DNA from: Octopus vulgaris
Lineage: Eukaryota
Assembly: GCA_951406725.2 (NCBI GenBank)
Contig: OX597817.1
Location: 102,052,001-102,116,000, forward strand
Direction of reading: 5' to 3'
Length of the DNA: 64,000 nucleotides
Shown here: piece by piece, positions 52,251-64,000 of the stretch
How the letters are laid out: each line of letters opens with the position of its first letter
How positions within the stretch are numbered: position 1 is the first letter of the stretch
Translations under genes and position numbers: made by a program
The notes under the pieces: model-generated
Told to the model about the DNA's origin: nothing
The model's input: only the letters and a program-made list of their open reading frames with translations
Databases searched by the model: none

Positions 52251-52699
52251 ACACACATACATACATACATACATACATACATACATACATACATACATAC
52301 ATACATACATACATACATACACACATACATACATACATAAATTACATACATACACACATATATGCATACAAACAATAATACCCTGTTGATGTTGAAATTC
52401 GAATGGAGCCTCGAATCTAGGTTAGAAACCAGCTCTTTCTCTATTGGCAAGAAATTTTGAAAAAAAACAGAACAATGACATCCATCCATCCATCCATCCA
52501 AACATACATACATACATACAGACTGACAGACATACATGCACAAATTCCCATAAATCCTTTATTTTGTATGTTTTTACTACTCGCTTATGTTTATGTATTT
52601 CTTTTACGATTCGTACATTTTATTGTTTTATCCATTTTTAGCGACTTTTGAAAGTCCAACTCACCCACATATTCTCTCTACTCTCTTCTACCAGTCAGC

Positions 52700-53250
52700 G
52701 ATATGTATATGTATGTATGTGATTTTGTGTATGTACTGTATGTGTATGTTCGTGACCTTTGGCTGCAACGAAGAACTGACCGTTACAAATTGGTGACCCC
52801 AAATTAAAGAATTGCAGCCTTCGCCTTCGCATATACAGTTGTTACATCCATCGATTACACTGGTGGCCTCGTTCAAAAACAATTGCCACTTTCTGATTGC
52901 TACATGCCGCTGCGTTTTGCTGGCTCATATCAACAGTCGCTAAACCAGAGGAAAAGAATGACAACCTTTGTCACCACAAGGATGCAGCCTCATTCCACTT
53001 GTTACAGTACGCATAACAGAAAGCACTATACTGCGATGCAATCTACGATCCACTTCACAACAATGCAACAATGCAACACTGCCGATGCACAAAGAATTCT
53101 CTCACCATGGAAGCCAATAAATGTATCCTTTCGACGGCTACAGCCCCAGAAACCAACTGGAAGAAAATACGGAAGCCCGCACATGCAACCTTTTCGGCAC
53201 ACACACGCTTTTCGTCTCGTCCCAACGTACAGACCTACATTGTCTACGAA
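52700..53250 (+). mobile_element. Possible heavily deleted Gypsy remnant
   Basis: LTR-end/PBS-like gttaca-aat-tggtgacccc at about 52781-52800 and faint integrase-like words downstream. Confidence 0.3.
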
Positions 53251-53599
53251 CTTTTGCACTTATATAAGATCCTCATATAGACTCTCAGCAACTTTTTTTG
53301 TCTGCGTGCACATTTTTTTATCACTTTCAGCAATAGACTTTTAAGAAAGGACACTATTTTTAGCTAAGTTTGTCATTTTTGCTTATTTTATTTTGTTCTG
53401 TTTGAACTATTCCGCGATGCACATATACCGTGATATACATATTCCGCGATACACATATTCCGTGATGCACACATTCAGCGACAACTCGTTTCATTAAAAC
53501 AACTAAATTTATGAGCATATCTTTTTGAATGTTTTATATTATTATTCATATTTTGCATGTACTTTTTTCGTTCACTTTGAAAATGTTTGTATTGTTACG

Positions 53600-53970
53600 T
53601 GTGGTAAGTAGCTTGTTTACCAACCACATGGTTCCGGGTTCAGTCCCACTGCGTGGCACCTTGGGCAAGTGTCTTCTACTATAGCCTCGGGCCAACCAAA
53701 GCCTTGTGAGTGGATTTGGTAGACGGAAACTGAAAGAAGCCTGTCGTATATATGTATATATATATATATGCATGTGTGTATTTGTGTGTCTGTGTTTGCC
53801 CCCCTATGGTGTGTTTACGTCCCCGTTACTTAGCGGTTCGGCAAAAGAGACCGATAGAATAAGTACTGGGCTTACAAAAGAATAAGTCCCGGGGTCGAGT
53901 TGCTCGATTAAAGGTGGTGCTCCAGCATGGCCGCAGTCAAATGACTGAAACAAGTAAAAGAGTAAAAAAG
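53600..53970 (+). mobile_element. OR-type tRNA-derived SINE
   Basis: gtggtaagtagcttg...ggttcagtcccactgcgtggcaccttgggcaagtg head; ends in gactgaaacaagtaaaagag; partial reverse copy at about 44680-44880. Confidence 0.8.
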
Positions 53971-55641
53971 AGTATACATGCATGCACCTTTCCTCAGCGC
54001 CTGGCCTTGTGCATGCGTCTGCACACATTGTTCATACACACTCACATGATAACACTGTCACATTCATGCACCACACGTGCCTTTCTCGCTTGTTTTTTAC
54101 GCCCTTATAGACACAACTCGTCTCTGTAAGACCCTAAGTCGGTCACGTATACATAAAGTTGTTTGTCCCTTACAACGCGTCATCATGCCAAACTTTTGCT
54201 CTTGCATGTTCAAAGCATTTGATACCTCATTCACCGGCTGGTATATTCAGCCCTGCATTAATCACTGGCATATTCAATACTGTACACTGTATTTGTAATC
54301 ACTGCACTAGCATACTGCCTCAGCTATATGCCCTTATGCACACACACACACGTAGCTCTATTAGGCCTCTACTGCCTTGTTTTTCAATACGTCTGTGCCA
54401 GTTCAGCTCAGCTCTTTTCCGACTGGATGCACGTCGGATGTTCACATGCTCTGCGATAATGTTTAGACATAATTTACCTCTGTTAGACTCCTGTTTGGTC
54501 ACGTAATGAATGGAGAAAATTACCTGTCTCGCGCATCACTCCAGCATGCTACACTGTCGTCCTTGCTAACCTCAGTAATTAACCACGACAACAGCACCAG
54601 AAACATTTCACTTCTGAAAAACTTTCAAGGCATTTCACACACTGCAATCCTGCAGGAAGATCTTCAAAATCATGGATTGAGAATACACTCACTCGCTCAC
54701 CTGAGCTTATTTTACAGTGAATTTTGATACGTGCACCTGCACTCGTGTATACGCCCTCACGCACACTCACGCGCTAACTCATTTTCCGTACGGCCCAGTT
54801 ACTGACTGCACATTCTGGCAAGCAAAGTGACACTGCTATTCAAACTCACTTGAATAAATATCTGTCTCGTATACACTTCAATGATCCTCTCTCCTTATAC
54901 GCAAAATTTTTCCTCAGTCATGCATTTCCTTCTCTTCCTCGATCGTTCGCTTCCTTTTCTCGGAACCTCTCTGGATGTAGTGGTTCATGCAGGCATGGCG
55001 TGGATTCGATCCTCGATAACCAAATTTCACTTAACAGTTCAAAAGCACTTTTCTCATTGTAAAACAATAGTTTTTCTGTGAGTGACAGCAGTTGCATTTG
55101 CCAGATGCCTTCGCTAAGCAGAATAATGTCTTTGTCACTTGACCCTTCTAGCCTCTTCTAGGCCACCAAAATTTAGAATAGAGATAATAGACCGCCAACG
55201 AAATCTATTGTTCTCAACAATATGTCTATCTTTCTGGCTGATTTTGGATAGTTATAAAAACAAGAACTCCGTAAGCCAAAGTCAATTAGTGAGAATCGAG
55301 TCTGGGTGACCGGCTGAACAAAACGCCGTCTCTAAAGAAAAGGCACAAAGGGACAACTATGGTAACTCACCAACGAATCAGTTGTTTCGTCCCACCACTC
55401 TCACTTTCACTAACTCACTTTCTTTTCTCTGTAAAATTAGCATATCTCTCTTTATATACTACACACGTATACAGGCCGAAATTAACTTTCTTAACCTAGC
55501 ATGCTCTTTCAATTATATTACACCTGCCCGTCGAGGCATGACATTATACAAAGTAACGGTAAATAAATATTTCTTTACAACTTCGATCACTTCTTTCATC
55601 TTTCACATCTTACAACATGCCGTTGCAATAAATCTTAACCG

Positions 55642-55703
<62 letters not shown>

Positions 55704-55724
55704 GCACACGCACGCACACATACA

Positions 55725-55772
<48 letters not shown>

Positions 55773-56469
55773 GGTAAACATGTATGAAATATTTATACCG
55801 TTCGTTTCTTAAATGTTGTATTTCTAAATGTCACCATGACCCACCATTTACATATCTTCTTATTACAAGTTCTGCTCTGTTCCCCAAAAGTGTTGGGTTG
55901 AAGCCAATAGTGGTAAAAATATTCCAGTGAGTCACTGACCACATGTTGATTACTCTTCAATAGCATCAACTAAATTGTTCTTATCTTTGCATGCGATCAT
56001 ATTGAGAAAATAATATCATAATCGTTTAGCTGCAGCTGCACAGTAGTGGGTATACTGTGCATATGCTATCATAACACAAAATGTTGAATTCACTGAGGAG
56101 TATTTGGATAACCTTTCGAACTCCAGTGCTCAAAACAGACATTTGACATTTTCATGAACTTGCAGGGCACTGAACAAACTGGATCTCGACAAAAATTAAT
56201 CTTTCTGATAACAAAATATTATTTTTCTAATTAAAATTTCTATACCAAGAAGATGCTTCTTGCTTGAAAGACTAATGAGTTGAACTATTTGCCCGTAGAT
56301 CACCCGTTCAGATTGTGTTGCACGCTTATAAGCTACTGTTAACGGAGGGGAGTTCAGCAAAGAGTTTATTGTACAATGTTGATCAGTCAAGTGCTTACGT
56401 CACTAGAGAAAACGACGCGAAGGAATGTAAACTGTTTCTACCATATCTATCTATAATTATTATGTAGCA

Positions 56470-56512
<43 letters not shown>

Positions 56513-56542
56513 CGCGCGCGCGTATGTATACAAAACAATAAG

Positions 56543-56577
<35 letters not shown>

Positions 56578-56596
56578 GAAACAATTAATAACATTA

Positions 56597-56628
<32 letters not shown>

Positions 56629-56679
56629 CATAAAATTATATATATATATACATATATACAAAACATTATACACACACAC

Positions 56680-57898
<1,219 letters not shown>

Positions 57899-58074
57899 TG
57901 TCTGACAGCGCGTTCGCGTCAGGGTCGATTCGATTCGTCGTTTCGTCCCACTTCCCTTCCTCCCAGTTTTGTTATATATATATATATATATATATGTATA
58001 TAAAACAGTCCTTGGGCGAAAATTGTATGCACATTTTGCTTTGACGGTTAATGGCGGCCAAACCGAGCTACTAG

Positions 58075-58230
<156 letters not shown>

Positions 58231-58315
58231 CGCATACGCATTGTTTGTTTTTGATTTTGACGACTACACTGTATAGTAGGGTCAGCTGAGCACCGTCAGT
58301 GATAAAAACAGCACC

Positions 58316-59055
58316 ATGACGCAATTCACTCTGCCAGAAATTTGGAAAAGACATGCTGTACTGCTTGGCATTCGCGCCGAAAGCTCCAATACGAACATTT
58401 CAAAGTGTTTGAGTGTCAATCTGATGACAATGGAATCTGAGGATATGCACCGAGAGTGATAAAAACCAAACATCTAGTCAACATCATGATATTTGGAGTG
58501 ATCACTAGTGATAGCGATGTTATGCCTCCATTCATCTTCCCACACGACCTCACACTCACCACGGAGACCTACATCAAGTACCTGGAGGAGGTAGAGCTGC
58601 CCTTGGTTAAGAAGATGGCTGCTGGAAGACCCTATATCTAGCAACAGGACTCGGTACCATGCCACACAAACAGGAGAACCCAGTCATGGCTGTCAGACAG
58701 TTTCTCCGACCACGTCTTCCCTAACATCTGGACAGACTGCAACCCCCTTGATTATTATGTGTGGGGCGCAGTTGAGCGAGAGACCAACAAAACTCCTTGT
58801 AGCACCAAAATGAACTGAAGGGAAAGATTATGGCAAGGTTCACCAAACAAGGAGGCCGTCCAAAAGTGTTGCAGGAGATTCCGAAGTCGTCTGGAGGCCG
58901 TGGTAGAAGCTAATGGCAATTCTATTGAATATATTTTTTCTTTAGTATTTCAAGATATTTTTATGTAATTTTGGTAAATATATCTGTCAAAATGAGATGG
59001 CAATGTTATTTTCATTTTTGCGTGTTTTAGACGACAGTTTATTCACCGCACCCTG
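58316..59055 (+). mobile_element. Tc1/mariner superfamily (maT/DD37D-like) element, internally deleted
   Basis: MIFGVITSD...PPFIF, QQDSVPCH and DCNPLDYYVWG motifs; right end ...caccgcaccctg followed by TA. Confidence 0.75.
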
Positions 59056-59232
59056 TATATGTAAGTGGTTTTTTCCCGACTATACATTCTGAGTTCAAAT
59101 ACCGCCGAGGTTGCATTTGACTTTCATCCTTTCGGGATCGATAAAATAAGTACAAGTTAAACATCGGGGTCGATGTGATCGACTTATCCCCTCCCTCAAA
59201 ATTGATGGTCTTGTACCAAAATTTGAAATCAA

Positions 59233-59337
<105 letters not shown>

Positions 59338-59338
59338 G

Positions 59339-59389
<51 letters not shown>

Positions 59390-59436
59390 TATGGTGGTTG
59401 TCTACTCCTTATGCAGAGTCTGACCACCTCGTACAC

Positions 59437-61480
59437 TTATACCTTAGATCCCTCATGGCCACTGATGTGGCTTTTCAAACCAGACAATGTATTGAAAAGA
59501 CACCCACAAAGACTGCATATCTGATTTGGACCACCAAGAGTTGCAGTTCTGATCTTTGAGGATCTTAAAATGACTTTTGAGGCCTCCGTTAGATTTGCAG
59601 ACCTTATGGCATACACGGTACTAAAAGGTGTGCACAGATATATAGGCAGAGCTGTTGGTGAAGGTTCGTTTTTCATGAGTCCTCAAATGAAATTTGAGCC
59701 CAGCAAAAGAAAGGCATGGTTTGTCACAAACTGTGCACACAAAAAGGTCATTGAGATTCACATTTTCGATCGCAGCATTCTTCTTTAAATCTCTCTTGAG
59801 ACTTGCATGTGTCATCCTAGCCTCCTACTTTTGTTTGTTCGCCATCCAACTTGATCCGAAGCAAGGGTTTCTATGGCTTTTGGGTCCATTCCAAGTGACT
59901 TCATGGTAGTCCTTATGCTATTGTTAAACCTCTTTTTAGGTCTACACCGATTGCGTCTCCTCTCTGCAAGCGCGCCATAGAGCATTTGCTTGTGTGTGCG
60001 TTCATCCACCATTCGAACAATATGGCCAGACCATCTCATTTGATTTTTTAGAATCATTGATTTAATTGAAGTGATGCCTGCAGACGCAAAGGCATCTGTA
60101 TCTGGAATTTAAAAAATGCCCCATTTAATGTTTAAAATACGGAGAGGGCATTTTTGGTGGAATCGTTCTAACAATTTGAAATGTTTTTCAGAACACGTCC
60201 ATATTTCAGAAGAATACAACAGGAATGGTTAGACAAACGATTTGTAAAGAGCCAACATTGTGTTGTTAATTTATATGTCGTTGGCGCCAAATGCATGACT
60301 CCAAACCACCAAATGTTTGTGCTGCCCTTTGAATTCGCAGATGTGTCCAGATTTCCATCATTTTGTACAGAGCTTCCGAGGTAGATGAAAGAGTCAACAA
60401 CCTCAAGTAACGAAATGTTTAGGGGGATTGCAAACAGCACCACGTGCAGGTTGATACATTACAACTGTTTCTTTCAAGTTAATGGTCAAGCCAAAATCAT
60501 CACAAGCTGAGTGAAATGCAGATATAAGATATTGCAGGCTCGTTTCAGAGTAACTGACTAGATCGCAATCGTAAGCATATAAATGTTACCTAATGAGTGA
60601 AGTAAAAACCTTTGTTTTGAATTTCAACCTGGTCAGATTAAAAATATTCCCTGTTGTTCGATATTTTATGTAAATACCCTCCTCGGAGTTTTGAGAAGCA
60701 CGTGACAGTACAATAGCAAAATGTATTGCAAAGAGGGTGAGTGCATGAAAGTCTCCTTGCTTTACTCCATCTTCCCCGGCAAAAGATTCAGAAAGCCTAC
60801 CACCAAAATTAACTCTAGCCTTCATATCTTGATGCCAAGCTCTGATCATGTTAACAATTTTTTCTGGGCAACTTATGTTCCATAGAATTAGTCACAGAGC
60901 ATTTCGATTAACAGTATCGAATGCCTTGCTTAAATCAACAAAGCTATGGTATAGGGCAAGATTCTGTTCAATACACTTTTCCTGAAATTGTCTGATAGTA
61001 AAGATACAATCAACTGTGCCTCTGGAGGAGCGAAAAAGACATTGAGACTCAGACACCATATTTGGGGCTATGAAGGTATTTAAGCGTTCTAATAGAATGT
61101 GGGTAAGTACCTTTCCAGGTACAGATAAATCCCACGAAAATTACCATACAGATCCTTTGACACTGATTTATACAAGGAGACTAAAATGGCATCAGTCTAG
61201 TCTTGATGCACTTCTTCAGTTCTCCAGCAGTGACAAATTAATACATTTAAGAATTCAAACATTTTGTCACCCCCCACTCCATATATCAAGACCTCTGCAC
61301 AGATTTCATCCAGCCCTGGAGACTTACTGTTATTCAGCTTATTCGCAGCTAAATATATGTAATTTTGAGTTGATTCAAATGCCATCTCCTCTATAAATGG
61401 AAGGTGTTCGATTTTTTCTATCATCCTCATATCAACATATGATGGTCTATTCCAGTGGTTCTCAACTCTTTTATTCAAAT
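59437..61480 (-). mobile_element. RTE-clade LINE, degenerate RT with C-terminal C2H2 fingers
   Basis: KSPGLDEI, FVDLSKAFD, GVKQG, FIYLGS, RWSGHIVRM...KQMLYG; CTVC...H..H and CSLC...H...H. Confidence 0.85.
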
Positions 61481-61519
61481 GAGTTTTCCTACGGATCCCT
61501 TTTAATATATTTATCCTTA

Positions 61520-61564
<45 letters not shown>

Positions 61565-61566
<2 letters not shown>

Positions 61567-62363
61567 TCCTGGGTGATGAGTCCTTATTGAGTAGCGACAC
61601 TGTCCTTACCAATTCCAACCTAACATACAATAATAATAATAATAATAATAATAATAGAAATAGTATTGATATTAGCAACATTCATAGCAGCATTGGCGTT
61701 AACAATAGTAATAATGATAATAACATTAGCCGGATTATTAACAGTGGTGGTGTTAGTGGTAGTAGTAACAGCATTTCTAATAACAGTTGTATTACTGATG
61801 ATAACAATCACAGCATTCCTATAGTCAGAGAAATTGCCGACGATATTACAATTAATAATAATGATAATAAGATGAATAGTATTGTGGCCAATGCTAGCAA
61901 CAATATTTACACCTATCATAACAATAAAAACTCTGTCTTAGTATCGGAAGTTAACCCCAACAGATTAAAGTTCTTATCCAAAAATTCCAAAATTAGAAAC
62001 ACCATTTACCAGTGCAAAATTTCTTCTGGAACCGATGTCTTCTTCTACATTGGAGCAACTTTTTCTAAATTAGCTCAAAGGATCTCCAATCATTATTCAA
62101 CTTTCCGAGATAAGAGAAAACAACACAGCACGGGACTAAGTAAATTAGTTTGGCGTCTGAAGGACAGCAACACAACTTTCAAGCTGGAATGGTCCATATT
62201 GTCGGTGTCTTTTCCGTTTGATAAGGGCAGAAAACTTTGTGGCATCTGTAATTTCGAACTTTTTCATATTTTGTTCGCCAAAGTCCCTTTAATAAATACA
62301 ATCGTCGAGAGGTCCTACAGGTGCATGCACTGGCAAAAACACACCTTTCATTCATATGAATAA
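61565..62363 (+). CDS. PLE-type GIY-YIG endonuclease ORF with Asn-rich N-terminal region, no RT visible
   Basis: TIYQC...FYIGAT...RISNH..TF...LSK.VW.LK...CGIC...CMH; open frame from the (TA)n tract. Confidence 0.75.
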
Positions 62364-62944
62364 TGATTAATATAGATAACCCCTTGAATTTTAATTAATA
62401 TAACTTCTTTTTTTATATATGTCAGCCCCATAGTCATAAAAATTTTTTTTATAATTTCAAAGAACTACTACACAATCCAGTGAGGTATGTGTTGCCTTAG
62501 TCCCTCTACCTCGCCCTCCTCTTTCTCTCTCTATTTCCCTCTTTCTATAGTAAGCACAATCAAACACACAGACACAAACCTCTCACCTCACCACTGTCTG
62601 TTTTCTGACATCTACCAATCCATATACACAATCACGCATACACATACACACACACACACATTAATGCAGTTATATGCAGTCACACACACAGGCACTCATT
62701 CACAATAGAAATTAACAAAATCCACCATTCATATGACCTGCACCCTTTCACCTTCCTATTCTTATGCCTCTCTCCTCCAACTTCGTTTGAACCCTTGAAC
62801 CTTTAGAACCTTCTAGATTCTTCTACATTCAACTACTTTGACGTCACTCCTTATAAAGGAATATTTTAAAGAGACACTCATTATCACTATGGGCTCCGTG
62901 TGAGCAATCATCTATAAGTTTTTTGTGCATTTTGATGTTGACAT

Positions 62945-63049
62945 AAGTTCCTTGCTTTTCCTGATGAGAAAGCGGCATAATGTACTCCTTATTCCTTCGC
63001 AATTAGGAATATGCAGCCTTCGAAACATATGTCGAAAATAAAGGAATTT
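62945..63049 (+). ncRNA. Type I hammerhead ribozyme, canonical core
   Basis: ttttc-CTGATGA-gaaagcggcat...atgcagccttc-GAAACATAT-GTC-gaaaa; palindromic stem III ACATATGT; predicted cleavage after 63033. Confidence 0.85.
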
Positions 63050-63334
63050 TGTTAATTCGTCGTTCAGCTCCATTCTTTCATATATTTATATTTTTAAAAT
63101 AAACATACAAATTTCCACACGAAATTCGAATTATCCTTAATAAGATAATTCATTCAACTACTTATATATATATATATATATATATAATATACATTTTTAC
63201 ACATGCATGTATATAGATGTATGTGTATATATATATATATATATATAGATATATATATATACATATATGTATATATATATATGTGTGTGTATGCATGTGT
63301 GTATATATATTATGTAAATAGAGGAAATTTATCT

Positions 63335-63499
63335 ATACAATAATATGTTACATTACTCGGTAGTCAAGATAAAACTCTGAGTTTCAGATGCCGAAGTGGA
63401 AATAGCCAGATAACCGAAGAGATGGTGTTGTGGATTTCCACTTCGGCATCTGAAACTCAGAGTTTTATCTTGACTACCGAGTAATGTAACATATTATTG

Positions 63500-63502
<3 letters not shown>
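63335..63502. repeat. Perfect inverted repeat, 69-bp arms with 30-bp spacer
   Basis: 63335-63403 vs 63434-63502. Confidence 0.95.
63409..63469 (+). ncRNA. Hammerhead-like motif (C4 variant)
   Basis: gataa-CCGAAGA-gatg...catc-t-GAAACTCAGA-GTT-ttatc. Confidence 0.6.
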
Positions 63503-63545
<43 letters not shown>

Positions 63546-64000
63546 CATGTACATGCATATATACGCATCGACGGCATCAGAGGCAGCTGCAACAGCAGAA
63601 ACAGCAGCACTGACGCCAATGACTCCAGTACCAACGATACAGCCGGAGAAGATGACCATGCCGACACCAGCAGCATCAGTGAAGCTACCAGCATCACACC
63701 CAAACATTACCATCAACGGCACCCACATCATCACCGGTGGCAATAGAACCAACCCTACGGCAAGGGATGACAACAATAACAATCATAGCGATAGCAGCCA
63801 CGAATCCGCGCGTCATAATGATAATAGGCACCGACGGAAGCCCCAACAACACGGGTAGCAAAAGCAACATCCCCAAGCCCGGAGTTGCACCAGTAATGTG
63901 AACACAGCCAAAACCTAAACGTATGGATACATCAGATCAGCCGGTACGGCTTTCAAGCGACGCTCGTGGAACCAGAAAGACGATTCGTCATATCCCTGGC

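Noticed and set aside
63547-63858. Thr/Pro/Ala-rich ORF at the window end
   Set aside because: Low complexity, starts in a microsatellite, no domain; may be a retroelement linker continuing beyond the window.

Overview
AT-rich, microsatellite-dense eukaryotic genomic DNA. The SINEs resemble Octopus OK/OR-type tRNA-derived SINEs, so a coleoid cephalopod origin is inferred, not verified. I could not confidently identify any host protein-coding gene. The window is mostly transposon debris: two Ty3/Gypsy LTR elements with 5-bp TSDs (one retaining a -1 frameshift signal), LINE fragments (Tx1/L1, CR1, RTE, R4/Dong-like, CRE-like), mariner, maT, MULE and hAT remnants, a hAT MITE, many SINEs and several Penelope-like element (PLE) pieces. 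The most striking unexplained signal is a set of about ten or more hammerhead-ribozyme (HHR) motifs with palindromic stem III, most with non-standard cores. They sit in short non-coding PLE-type tails, often as head-to-head inverted duplications within or next to (TA)n tracts. The best case is a ~900-bp TSD-flanked non-coding insert (48419-49345). It has two tandem HHRs 354 nt apart with a compensatory U3-A8 core plus an inverted copy, making it a candidate retrozyme/circRNA-producing element. All alignments and folds were done by eye; coordinates of degenerate elements are approximate.
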